From IMG/VR virus record IMGVR_UViG_3300043811_000226: a stretch of DNA of 64,000 nucleotides; one strand, written 5' to 3'. The position numbers and the translations under genes are program-made. Under the pieces are notes generated by a model. The model saw nothing but the letters and a program-made list of their open reading frames with translations. It ran no database searches and was not told the origin of the DNA. Positions within the stretch are counted from its first letter, which is position 1. Each line of letters starts with the position of its first letter. This DNA is from a virus. This document shows positions 16,907-26,011 of the stretch, piece by piece.

Positions 16907-16949
16907 AAAGGCCGGGTCCTGCTGAAAGCGGGCCCCGGCCTTTCTCTTT
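16907..16949 (+). terminator. Intrinsic terminator
   Basis: AAAGGCCGGG...GAAA loop...CCCGGCC followed by TTTCTCTTT. Confidence 0.75.
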
Positions 16950-16960
16950 GGAGGACTCCC

Positions 16961-17194
16961 ATGGCAAGACGAAACGTGTTCATCTGCGATGAGACGGGCT
17001 GCGGTGCGGTGCTGGTACACCCGGAGGACGGCTTCGTCTTCTACGGCGTCGTGCGCACCACGGACATCGACGGCTCCTCGACAACCCTCATCACGTTGCC
17101 TGAGATGACGTCGTCGACCGACCCACCCGAGACAGTTCTTTGCAAGGACTGTCTCGTCAAGCGACTGCGCCTCGACGGGGTGAAACCCAAGTGA
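16961..17194 (+). CDS. Small Zn-binding protein (77 aa)
   Basis: GGAGG upstream; CDETGC...CKDC. Confidence 0.7.
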   Translation: MARRNVFICDETGCGAVLVHPEDGFVFYGVVRTTDIDGSSTTLITLPEMTSSTDPPETVLCKDCLVKRLRLDGVKPK

Positions 17195-18051
17195 ACTACG
17201 AGCGTGCGCTGGCGACGCTAAACCACGCGCGCACGGGCAAGAGGCTAGAGAGGAAGAAGCTCGAGAACGCCACCTGGGTCCAGCTGGTCAACGGCGAGCC
17301 TCCTTGCATCGATCTCACGCTCTTCCAGAAGCACATCCTCACCTGGTACCCGAACGGCGACATTGCCATCGACAACCACACCTACTGGGCCTACACAACC
17401 AAGGACCGGCTCAACAAGTACATGCCGTCTGGCTTCAGCGTCTGGCAGAACAAACCGTACTGGTACATCCGGACGCCGGCAGCGGTGCTTCCCTACTACA
17501 ACCGGATGCACCTGACCAGCAAAGGCCTGGACCTCGCCGTGCCGGACCAGGTGCACGACGTCGGCGTCATCGATATGAAGCGACGCGCGCACGAGTACGC
17601 GAAGGCCTACGCCGCACGCCTGGTCAACGGCAAGATCGCACGCGCGCCGGACTGCCTGGACTGCCGGCTCGATGATGGCTCACCGCTAACAATGGAGGAC
17701 CGTCTGCACGCACTGCGACACATGAACAGGTCGGAGTTTCCGAGCAACATTGCCATCAAGGCCATGATGGAAACGACCGTCGGAGACCGCCACCACTTCC
17801 ACAGAGGCAACGCGGTGTCTTCTTCCTTCCTGAGGGACATGCTCCATAAGTCTTGGGAGGAGGCGCAGGTCTTCTGGAGGAAGCCCCGAACGAAGAAGGA
17901 GCTCATCCGCCAAACCGAGAAGAAGATGACGTCGGACCTGGACTTCTCGTTCCCTCCGAACGCGCCGAGCGAGTACAGAACCAACTTCCGAACGATGGTC
18001 GAAGACTACTTCCTCGAGTACATCATCGGCTTTGAAAGAATGTCGGATTGA
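17191..18051 (+). CDS. Phage hypothetical protein (286 aa, GTG start)
   Basis: GTGA overlap; TTKDRLNKY..VWQ..W pattern seen in phage hypotheticals; CLDC motif. Confidence 0.75.
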   Translation: MNYERALATLNHARTGKRLERKKLENATWVQLVNGEPPCIDLTLFQKHILTWYPNGDIAIDNHTYWAYTTKDRLNKYMPSGFSVWQNKPYWYIRTPAAVLPYYNRMHLTSKGLDLAVPDQVHDVGVIDMKRRAHEYAKAYAARLVNGKIARAPDCLDCRLDDGSPLTMEDRLHALRHMNRSEFPSNIAIKAMMETTVGDRHHFHRGNAVSSSFLRDMLHKSWEEAQVFWRKPRTKKELIRQTEKKMTSDLDFSFPPNAPSEYRTNFRTMVEDYFLEYIIGFERMSD

Positions 18052-18065
18052 GCTAGTAGTAAGCC

Positions 18066-18464
18066 ATGGGCACGAAGAAGAACAAGAACGCGCCTGTGAT
18101 GCGCCTGGTTGCTGACATCAACGGCGACGCCTGCATCCTCTTCCGTCTGCTCAGACCCCTCATCAACCAGGAGAGGGAGTTGCAGGGCAAGCCCCCGACC
18201 ACCCAGAGGGAGGTGGTCGGGGCGCTCATCACCGCGTATTGTCTTAGCCACCAGGACGACATCCTGGGCATGCTCGATGAAGAACACCGACCCGCCTTCG
18301 AAGCAGCCCTTCGACGCCACAACGTCCGCACCCAATTTCCGAGCCCCCATCGCGGTCCTGCCCGACCTGCCTCGGCTCAACTTCCCGTCGCTGGACCAAG
18401 TACTGGTGCACCCGTCGAGCCCGCACCCGCTGCTGCAGCTCAGCGAGACGCCGCCGCCGAGTAG
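18066..18464 (+). CDS. Hypothetical protein (132 aa)
   Basis: ORF translation; fits the operon. Confidence 0.65.
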   Translation: MGTKKNKNAPVMRLVADINGDACILFRLLRPLINQERELQGKPPTTQREVVGALITAYCLSHQDDILGMLDEEHRPAFEAALRRHNVRTQFPSPHRGPARPASAQLPVAGPSTGAPVEPAPAAAAQRDAAAE

Positions 18465-18510
18465 CGTCTCGCTCTTCCAAGGCCTGCTCGGAGGGCGCCT
18501 CGAGGTCCTG

Positions 18511-18810
18511 GTGCAGGACTCCATCGACCACCCAGAGCGCTACGACGAGCCGACGCGGCTGATGCTGCAGGAGCTCGCCGCGGGCGCGAGCAAGCTCGAG
18601 GAGCTGACCGCCGCCGAGCGGGGCATCCTAGACCGGGCGACGATGGACTTCGCCGCCTACAGGCCACCACAGGCGCCCAAGAACGCACCAAAGCCACAGC
18701 CCCCGATGAAGAAGCCGCGGCTGGTGGAAGCTGCCGACGCGCTCGAGGACGGTCGGGCCCCCCAAGTCGAGGAGCCCGGCGGAACGATGACGCCCTACTG
18801 GTGGTTGTGA
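18511..18810 (+). CDS. Hypothetical protein (about 99 aa, GTG start)
   Basis: GAGG before the GTG at 18511; start uncertain. Confidence 0.55.
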   Translation: MQDSIDHPERYDEPTRLMLQELAAGASKLEELTAAERGILDRATMDFAAYRPPQAPKNAPKPQPPMKKPRLVEAADALEDGRAPQVEEPGGTMTPYWWL

Positions 18811-18811
18811 C

Positions 18812-19879
18812 TCAGGCGTCCTTCTGCTGCGACGCGTCGTACTCGTACTCGATGGCGTAGCGGTGGCCGGCGCCGTGGTAGGTGCCGGCGGTCAGACCGA
18901 GCGTGGTGTTCGCCGTGCTGGTGCCGTTGGCCGCGATGACAAGGGTCGCCGAGGTGTCCTGCAGAGAGGTGGTCAGCGTGAGGTCAGTGCCGGTCAGCGT
19001 GGCGACCAGGCCGGGCCAGGTCACCGCAATGAAGGCGAGCAGGCTCGACTCGGAGTCAGAGCCCGTGGCGCTCGTGCCGTCGAAGGTGACCGACGCATGG
19101 GTGCCGTTGACAGTCATGTCGAGCACCAGGCCCGTGCCACCGCCGGCGAGGGTCCCACCCGTGCCATAGAGGCCTGCGGCCGTGACGTCCGCCGAGCCCG
19201 TGGTCGTCGCCGGCGCCTGGGTGGTCGGTGCGGTGAAGGGTGTGTAGGCCCCGTTGGGCGCATTGGTCGTCGCTGCAACGAGAGAACCGGCCGTCGGTAC
19301 GGTGCCATCTGCAAGCTCTCGGCGAATGAGGCCAACGGCCTGGCCTGTGCGCAGCTTCTGCGGGAAGGCCAGGCCGATAACCACGCCGTTGAGCACCGAG
19401 AAAGTCGCGTCGACGCCACCGCCGTCAGCCGCAGGCGTCACCGTCAGAACTCGTGCAAAACACTTCACGCCAGCATGCGTGCCGGAGGCATTGGTGCCCG
19501 TGATGGTCTCGGAGATGGGGTTGCCGTTCACATCGATCCCAGTGACCACCACGCTATGGCTCATGTGCGTAGGGGTGCCGCTGCTCGCGACGACCACTTC
19601 GACGTTGCGCGGAGGGCTGAGAGCGATGCCGGCATTGCCGTTGACCTTGTACGTCACCGAGGACGTCAAAGTGCTGAGCGTTGCAGCCAGGAAGGTGATC
19701 GCACCAGCCGCCGGGGGATAGTCGTACTCCTCGACAGTCACCGCCACGAGAGGACTCATGGCCACGGCGACGTCCTTTCGCACGTCGGCTACTTCTCCGG
19801 CAATCCCGCCCGCATTGAGCAGGTGCTGCAGCCGTGCCAGCATCTTCGAGAACAGACCAGAACCGCTTGATCCAGACAT
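18812..19879 (-). CDS. Virion structural protein (355 aa) sharing a domain with the tail sheath
   Basis: Gly/Thr/Ala-rich beta composition; C-terminal DVTAAGLYGTGGTLAGGGTGL...TANTTLGLTAGTY is nearly identical to a sheath segment; AAGGAG upstream. Confidence 0.75.
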   Translation of the reverse strand: MSGSSGSGLFSKMLARLQHLLNAGGIAGEVADVRKDVAVAMSPLVAVTVEEYDYPPAAGAITFLAATLSTLTSSVTYKVNGNAGIALSPPRNVEVVVASSGTPTHMSHSVVVTGIDVNGNPISETITGTNASGTHAGVKCFARVLTVTPAADGGGVDATFSVLNGVVIGLAFPQKLRTGQAVGLIRRELADGTVPTAGSLVAATTNAPNGAYTPFTAPTTQAPATTTGSADVTAAGLYGTGGTLAGGGTGLVLDMTVNGTHASVTFDGTSATGSDSESSLLAFIAVTWPGLVATLTGTDLTLTTSLQDTSATLVIAANGTSTANTTLGLTAGTYHGAGHRYAIEYEYDASQQKDA

Positions 19880-19892
19880 GGGGTGACTCTCC

Positions 19893-20492
19893 TTACCCGA
19901 GTGGTGTTCCAACCTGGGGTTGCCCGTATTGGTTCACCCCGAACGGCAGCTGGTAGCCGACACCACGAACCGGATGTCCCATGCCATAGACAGGGGTCGT
20001 CGGTTCTTTTGCCATGGCGCGTGTCCCAGCGTGCATTGCCTTGCTCGCTAGGATACCAGTAGCCAGGGTACCTCCGGCAAGAGCCAGGTTCGTTTTCACG
20101 CCGAGCCCTCCGCCGAGCCACTTCTTTCCCTGCGCGAGAAGGTTGCCCGCAGCAGGTACTGCCCCAGTTCCGATGCCACCCATCTTCGCCAGATCGGCGC
20201 CGGCATCGGCGGCAATAGAAGCAAGACGTACCATCGCCTGGTCAGGGATGGGTGTGTAGCGAAGAGCTTCTTCTGCCTGTTGAAGCTTGGCGAGTTCGTA
20301 CTCCCGTAGTGCTTCCTGCTGGAGGGCTTGTTCTTCCCGCGCCTTCTGGTCCCCCTTCTGGTTGCTGTGCGCGAGTTCGGCGTTGGCAAGCCCCGCCATC
20401 AAGCTAGCGAGCAGCGGAACTCCAGCCGTCTTCGCCAGGAAGACGTCCTCGGTTCCGTAGCGCTGCATGAGGGCGGGGTTCGGAGTGTTCAT
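19893..20492 (-). CDS. Putative internal virion protein with Gly-rich hydrophobic segment (199 aa)
   Basis: KTAG motif; GGGLGVKTNLALAGGTLATGIL. Confidence 0.65.
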   Translation of the reverse strand: MNTPNPALMQRYGTEDVFLAKTAGVPLLASLMAGLANAELAHSNQKGDQKAREEQALQQEALREYELAKLQQAEEALRYTPIPDQAMVRLASIAADAGADLAKMGGIGTGAVPAAGNLLAQGKKWLGGGLGVKTNLALAGGTLATGILASKAMHAGTRAMAKEPTTPVYGMGHPVRGVGYQLPFGVNQYGQPQVGTPLG

Positions 20493-20719
20493 CGCGGATG
20501 AGGCGGAGGCAAGGTCCGGCGGACCAGCGACGTGACGTCGGAGACCTTCTGCGTCGTTGCAGCTTGTACCCGACGGAGTGACTCCATGGCTTCTTGTAGC
20601 TCTGGGTCTACACCGGGGCTGGTCTTCTCCTCCTCCGTCTCTTCCTCCTCATCGTCTTCTACAGGCGGTTTCGGAGCACTCCCTCGAGCTGTCCCATGCT
20701 TCTTTCGATGGCTCTCCAT
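20489..20719 (-). CDS. Small acidic hypothetical protein (76 aa)
   Basis: AGGAGG upstream; EDDEEEETEEE. Confidence 0.6.
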   Translation of the reverse strand: MESHRKKHGTARGSAPKPPVEDDEEEETEEEKTSPGVDPELQEAMESLRRVQAATTQKVSDVTSLVRRTLPPPHPR

Positions 20720-21105
20720 TGTTCCTCCTGGGACTTCACGAACGCAGCGAAGGCTTCGTTGCGTACGTACCTGCTGCCTCTCTCTTTTAGCCTGTCGATA
20801 TCAGAGCGCATGCTCCGCAGCTGGTCGTTGAACGTCTCGAAGGGGTCGGGTCGGCTTGCACGCTCTTCCTTGCGCGCAGCGAGCAGCTCGGCCTGATGCT
20901 CCTTTTCCTGCTCTTGTTCGGCCTTGTACGCGTCGAACTCGAGTCGCCAGCCCTTCTGCAGAGCATTGAGCGCGACCTTTTGTTCCTTGACGCCCTTCTC
21001 GGCTGTGCTGAGGCGCATCTTGAAGCGCGCGTAGGAGCCAGCGAACGCGAGCACCGCGGTGATGGCAGAGGTCAGCCCGTGTTGCGAGAGAGCGTTCCAG
21101 TCCAA
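20659..21105 (-). CDS. Membrane-anchored coiled-coil protein (148 aa, TTG start; possibly lysis-associated)
   Basis: GAGGAGG before the TTG; one N-terminal hydrophobic helix, then heptad-rich charged helix. Confidence 0.65.
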   Translation of the reverse strand: MDWNALSQHGLTSAITAVLAFAGSYARFKMRLSTAEKGVKEQKVALNALQKGWRLEFDAYKAEQEQEKEHQAELLAARKEERASRPDPFETFNDQLRSMRSDIDRLKERGSRYVRNEAFAAFVKSQEEQWRAIERSMGQLEGVLRNRL

Positions 21106-21141
21106 GGGGCCTCCTCGCCGTCGGGAGCACCCGAGGCGGCC

Positions 21142-21531
21142 TCATCCTAGCAGCCAGACCCTCACCTGACAGGATGCGGTGAAGGCAATGGAGAGGGAAG
21201 TGGCGCCCGCAGAAGGCGTGGGGTTGATCCACACAAGGAAACCACCCGGCGCGATCTCGAGCGGCTGCGAGCCACTGTTGAGGGTCGCGAGGATAGGGGC
21301 CGCACCCGACTGCCCACTGTCGTAGCGGACCATGACCCCCTTGGCTCCCGGAGCTCCGATGGAACCGAAGGGCACGGCCTGCGTACCCGAACCAACGAGG
21401 TTGAGGACCGACGACTCCAGAGCGATGAAGCTCGAGGAGCCGTTGAACGGGATGGGGTCCTGCGGAAGCGACTGGTCGGCCGCCAGCTGCAGCGCGCCAG
21501 TGAACGAGAAAGGCTGAGGGGCAGGCGGCAT
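21142..21531 (-). CDS. Putative small structural protein (129 aa, beta-rich)
   Basis: GGAG upstream; directly downstream of the tail tube gene. Confidence 0.65.
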   Translation of the reverse strand: MPPAPQPFSFTGALQLAADQSLPQDPIPFNGSSSFIALESSVLNLVGSGTQAVPFGSIGAPGAKGVMVRYDSGQSGAAPILATLNSGSQPLEIAPGGFLVWINPTPSAGATSLSIAFTASCQVRVWLLG

Positions 21532-21553
21532 CGACTACTCCGTGGGGGTGGGA

Positions 21554-22312
21554 CTAAGACCCGGGGAGGCCAGGGAACGTGGCGTTGCCGCCGCCGGCGT
21601 TGCTCGAGGTCGTGTTCGAGATGAGTGTGAGGGCCGCGACGGCGACAGGCACCGCGCGCTCGAACTGCACCGCCACCGACTCTTGGATGAGAACTCCCTG
21701 AGCGTCGGTCGCCCACGAGTGGTTCGGCAGGTAGCAGGCCTCGAAGTACACCGCCGCGAGGGTGTCGAGGTTGATGTCGCGGATGTACATCAGGATGCCG
21801 ATGGGCTGCGCGAACAAGTCCGACGCCAGGTTGACGTAGATGTTCTCGTAGCCGGGCGGGATGATGACGTCGTGAGGGTTCGCAACGCTCGCCGCGCCGA
21901 CGTTCGGGAACATCGATGGGACGATGGTCGGCGGGATGAGGTCCTGGTAGTAGGCGTACAGGATCCGCAGCAGCGAGGCGCCGTGGTAGTAGATGCGCCC
22001 GAGGCCGAGCTGCCCCACCGTGCGCCCGGCGATGAAGTAGCTGCGCTCCGAGCCGATCTCGAAGATGCGCGAGAACTGCCGCGTGTGCGAGAGGTTGAAG
22101 TTCTGGATGATGCCGATGGGGAAGACGACCTGGTTGGCCGCTTGTCCATTGCCTGCCACCGCCCCCGCAATGGCCGCCGACCCACCGATGTTCGCGAGAC
22201 GGGGAGGCCCCGCCGCCAGCATCGTGAACCCTGCGTTGGCGTAGCGCCCATCGACCAGGCCTGCCTGGACGTAGTTCGAGTACGGCGCCCAATCACTGAA
22301 GTTGCCGGCCAT
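21554..22312 (-). CDS. Tail tube protein (252 aa)
   Basis: Near-adjacent to the sheath gene. IGIIQNFNLSHTRQFSRIFEIGS..YFIAGR..GQL and YFEACYL..HSW..AQGVLIQESV.VQFE fit contractile-tail tube proteins. Confidence 0.8.
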   Translation of the reverse strand: MAGNFSDWAPYSNYVQAGLVDGRYANAGFTMLAAGPPRLANIGGSAAIAGAVAGNGQAANQVVFPIGIIQNFNLSHTRQFSRIFEIGSERSYFIAGRTVGQLGLGRIYYHGASLLRILYAYYQDLIPPTIVPSMFPNVGAASVANPHDVIIPPGYENIYVNLASDLFAQPIGILMYIRDINLDTLAAVYFEACYLPNHSWATDAQGVLIQESVAVQFERAVPVAVAALTLISNTTSSNAGGGNATFPGLPGS

Positions 22313-22316
22313 GGTC

Positions 22317-22538
22317 TTACTCCCTCACCTTGGAAACGTAGTTTCCGCCGAGGCTCTCGTACACGTTCAGGGTGTCTCCGGTGTTGAACATCGCCGCGAC
22401 TTTGAGCAGCTCGGGGTCTGCACTCGCCGACTTCTGGAGGAGGACCGTGTCGACGGCACTGAGACGAGGAGAACCGAACCGCTCCTCGAGAGCAGCCCGG
22501 CCCACCACATCAGCAGCCAGTTTACGGAGGTCGTCCAT
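22317..22538 (-). CDS. Small protein between sheath and tube (73 aa) with three K-x-A motifs
   Basis: TAATG overlap with the sheath stop; MDDLRKLAAD..QKSASAD..LKVAAM. Confidence 0.6.
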   Translation of the reverse strand: MDDLRKLAADVVGRAALEERFGSPRLSAVDTVLLQKSASADPELLKVAAMFNTGDTLNVYESLGGNYVSKVRE

Positions 22539-25500
22539 TAGATGGTCAGCGTCAGCCGGATGTAGTTGCAGGGGAAGGGCACGTCGAGGGTGACGTCGAT
22601 GAGCACCGTGTCCGGCGCCGACACGTCCTGGATGATGTTGTTCAGGTTCGACCCGATGAGGACTCCTGCCTCGGCGAGGAACCCGAGCAGTCCGTGGATG
22701 ACGTGGCCGAGCGAGTCGAGGAAGCCCTGGGTGATGTTGAAGCGCCCGATGAAGGTCTTCAGGCCCGTACGCAGGAACTTCGCGCAGAAGTCGACGACCT
22801 TCGTGATCGAGTCGGTCCTCGTCTCGATGGACGTCATGTCCGTCGTGAGGGCCATCCGGCTGATGAGAGGCGTCGCCGGCGCGTCCTGGACGATGACGTA
22901 GTTGCCGCCAGCCGCCATCACGTTGAGCTGCGGCTCGCTGAAGACACCGTTCGACCCGATGACGCGCGTGAAGCCCGTCATGGGGAAGTTGGTGAACGAC
23001 TGCTGCGGTGGCTGGTTGGCGATCAACCCCACAATGGCCGAGTTCAAGTAGAACCCGTCGATGACCTGCTCGACTCCTTGCAGCGTCGCGGCGCAAGTGT
23101 CCGGGAAGGTCGACCACACACGGCGGTCCTGGTAGCCCTGTGCCACCTTCTGGACCGTGATGGCGATGTTGTCGCGGTCGGGGGTCACACCGTCAGGCAG
23201 GACCAAGGCCTTGCCGCGGATGCGCACAGCGAAGGGCTCGGCGATGAGCGGCGAGGGCAGCGCCGACGTCGCGTAGTACCCGTCGTCGTTCTGACCAGGC
23301 AAGAAGCCCGAGGTCTGCACCGTGACGACCGACCCGACGACGTTGATGATGCTGTAGTGGTTGCCGTCACCGATATCGAGGAAGATGCCTGCCGTCACGG
23401 CGTAGGGGCCGACGCCACTCTCGCCGTTGGCCAGAAGAAGCGCGCCGAGGTTGGCGACGCCCGTGTCGAACACGTTCGTCGTGATGGTCGAGTTGCCGTT
23501 GATGCCCGACGCCACCAGCGTGTCGAGGTAGTGCGTCGGCACCGAGGGGTTGATGAGCACGATGCGCTCGCCCTTGTTCTCGGGAGCGCTCATCGTGTCG
23601 ACGTGCGTCTGGAAGACCTGCGAGACGGACGGGTCGTGTGTCAGCGGCGCGATGCCGTAGACCTCGAAGGCCTCGAGGAACGACGCCGCGCGTGTGAAGC
23701 CGGCCACCGTGCCGAAAGGAGAACCACCGCTCGACTCGTCGACACCCAGACCCGTGACCTGCGTGTTCGGGGCGTTGAGCAGCGCGAAGTAGATGCCCAG
23801 AGCGAGCGGGTTGTCCGTATCGACCGGGGAGAGTTGTGCACTGAGCGTCGCCGTGTCGCTGAAGCGCAGCAGTCCGGGGCTCGCCGCCTTCGACGTCACG
23901 TCGAGTCGCAGCGCGTGGTAGGCCACGTAGATCTGGGCGTTCGAGGGGAGGACAGGAGTGCCTTGCGTATTGCGCAGGATCTCCGGCAGGGTCTTGATGT
24001 TGCCCGAGCTGTCGACGTCCAGGTTCGGGAACGGCCGAGTGACGCCCGCCGACGGGGCGTCGGCGTTCAGGTTCTCCGCCATGATGTACCAAGCCAGCCC
24101 GACGTTGGTCGAGATGGGGACCTGGCGGTTGATCTTCAGCTGGTTCGTGTTGCCGCCCGGCGCGACCTGCACGATGGTCGCGAAGTTCACGCCGTCGACC
24201 CAGAGGACGTCTCCAGGAAGTGGCGCGAAGGGGTTGCCACGCGACACGGTGCCCGCCGTCAGACCAAGCGTCGGGCAGGCGGTGCCACCGACTACCTTCA
24301 CGATGGACTGCTGGCCGAGTGTCGTGTTGGTGAGCGCAAGGTCGGAGCCCGAGAGGCTGGCCAGAAGAAGTCCGCCCGCCACAGCTCCGAAGAGGGCGTT
24401 GATCTGTGCAAGCACCAAGGACGGCGTCGTTGCGCTTTCGAAGGTGACCGTCTGGGGCTCGTTGCCGTCGTCGAGGGTGAGCGTCTGCCCGTTGGGCACA
24501 CCACCGCCAGGAACAGCGATGGTTCCGACGATCTGCGCCGAGGTAGGCGAGGCCGTGAAGTTCGCCCCCTGGAACTGCAGGAGTGGCGTCGTCGCCGCGC
24601 CACTCCCGCTGTCGATGGCAACCACGCCGGCGATGCCCGTCGTCGTGCCAGGCGCGACGCCGAGGTGCGCGTTGGCCGTGCCAGCACCCACCAGGATGCT
24701 TCCCGTTGCACCGACGGTGAGGTCGGTAATCTGCAGGTGGTTGCCCACCGACGTGGAGATGGCCGTGGCAACGGCTGCCACGACCGCGGTGACCTGTGCC
24801 ACCGTCGCTGCCATGGTGAGCGCGGGAGCGAAGGTCACGGTGAGCGGCGAGGCCGCGCCGTTGAAGGTGAGGATGAGCGTCTCACCGTCCAGCGTACCGG
24901 CCGTGCCGTTGTACGTGGTCGCCGTCAGGCCGAGCGCAGTGTTGGCCGTTCCCGAGCCCACAACAATGCTGCCACTGGCTCCGATGGTGTTGTCGGTGAG
25001 CACCAGGTGCGTCGCGACCACCGTGGCCGTGAGCGTCGGCCACTGGGTGTTGATGGCCGCGAGCATCGCGGCTTCGCTCGCGTCGTTGGTGAGCCCAGCG
25101 CCGTCGAAGGTCAGCGTCGTCGAACCTGCCCCGTTGACGTTGAGGATCAGGGTGAGCCCCGTCCCGCCACCGGCGAGCGTACCGCCCGCACCGTAGAGTC
25201 CAGAAGCGGTGACGTCAGTCGTACCCGTATGATTCGCCGGCGTCGCGTACGTCAGCGTCGTCATGTCGACGCTGCCCGTCACCGTCGCAGCCGTGCCGAT
25301 GCCATTCTCGAGGAAAGCCTCCGTCTGCAGCAGCTCCATCAGCGCGCTGCCCTGGCCTCCGAGGAACAAGAACGCGCGCACGGTCGTCGGATCGACGACG
25401 AGCTGCGAGAGGTTGTTGTTCGGGTTGGGGTAGCTCGCGAACGAGATGTTCGTGATGTGCTGGTCGTAGCCGACGGACCCCGAGTAGACCTTGTTCACGC

Positions 25501-25996
25501 CGAACCCGAATGCCGCAAGAACTGCGGGCGCCGTGGTGGACAGAACTTCGATGGTCTGCAGGGCGTTGGCTGCGACGGAACGGATGCGCCACTGCGTCCC
25601 GCTGTTCACCGTCTCAGCCGTAAACGACGTCACGCCTGCCGCAGCGAAGGCGAGCAGAACTTGCGCGACGATCTGCGCGGGCGACAGCGGCGTGCCGGAG
25701 AAGTCGATGCTGACGGCGGGCCCGTTGTTCAACGAGAGGTCGAGGTTCAGCGCGTTGAGCCCCGCGTAAACCGGAGGCGAACCCGTGCCCGCGATCGACA
25801 GCGCGATGGCCTGCAGGGCCACAAGAGCCTGAGGGTTGAGGGTTTGCGCACCCGTCGCAGAAGCCACCAGTACGTCGACCACCTGCCGGCAGACGCCAAC
25901 GATGCAGGGAACGAGAGTCGGGGTGATGACGGTCGGGGTGACCGTCTGGAACACCTGAATTACTTCGACTCCCGGTCGCGGAAGTTCGGCCGCCAT
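22538..25996 (-). CDS. Tail sheath protein (1152 aa) with several inserted repeat domains
   Basis: N-terminal PRPGVEVIQVF...PCIVG and C-terminal TDMTSIETRTDSITKVVDF..KFLR..L..FIGRFNIT...DTVLIDVTLDVPFPCNYIRLTL are typical of sheaths. Confidence 0.9.
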   Translation of the reverse strand: MAAELPRPGVEVIQVFQTVTPTVITPTLVPCIVGVCRQVVDVLVASATGAQTLNPQALVALQAIALSIAGTGSPPVYAGLNALNLDLSLNNGPAVSIDFSGTPLSPAQIVAQVLLAFAAAGVTSFTAETVNSGTQWRIRSVAANALQTIEVLSTTAPAVLAAFGFGVNKVYSGSVGYDQHITNISFASYPNPNNNLSQLVVDPTTVRAFLFLGGQGSALMELLQTEAFLENGIGTAATVTGSVDMTTLTYATPANHTGTTDVTASGLYGAGGTLAGGGTGLTLILNVNGAGSTTLTFDGAGLTNDASEAAMLAAINTQWPTLTATVVATHLVLTDNTIGASGSIVVGSGTANTALGLTATTYNGTAGTLDGETLILTFNGAASPLTVTFAPALTMAATVAQVTAVVAAVATAISTSVGNHLQITDLTVGATGSILVGAGTANAHLGVAPGTTTGIAGVVAIDSGSGAATTPLLQFQGANFTASPTSAQIVGTIAVPGGGVPNGQTLTLDDGNEPQTVTFESATTPSLVLAQINALFGAVAGGLLLASLSGSDLALTNTTLGQQSIVKVVGGTACPTLGLTAGTVSRGNPFAPLPGDVLWVDGVNFATIVQVAPGGNTNQLKINRQVPISTNVGLAWYIMAENLNADAPSAGVTRPFPNLDVDSSGNIKTLPEILRNTQGTPVLPSNAQIYVAYHALRLDVTSKAASPGLLRFSDTATLSAQLSPVDTDNPLALGIYFALLNAPNTQVTGLGVDESSGGSPFGTVAGFTRAASFLEAFEVYGIAPLTHDPSVSQVFQTHVDTMSAPENKGERIVLINPSVPTHYLDTLVASGINGNSTITTNVFDTGVANLGALLLANGESGVGPYAVTAGIFLDIGDGNHYSIINVVGSVVTVQTSGFLPGQNDDGYYATSALPSPLIAEPFAVRIRGKALVLPDGVTPDRDNIAITVQKVAQGYQDRRVWSTFPDTCAATLQGVEQVIDGFYLNSAIVGLIANQPPQQSFTNFPMTGFTRVIGSNGVFSEPQLNVMAAGGNYVIVQDAPATPLISRMALTTDMTSIETRTDSITKVVDFCAKFLRTGLKTFIGRFNITQGFLDSLGHVIHGLLGFLAEAGVLIGSNLNNIIQDVSAPDTVLIDVTLDVPFPCNYIRLTLTI

Positions 25997-26011
25997 CAGA
26001 GGCTCCTTTCG

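Noticed and set aside
21554-25996. Extracellular contractile injection system, T6SS or tailocin
   Set aside because: Capsid, portal, terminase and prohead protease are present, so this is a phage tail
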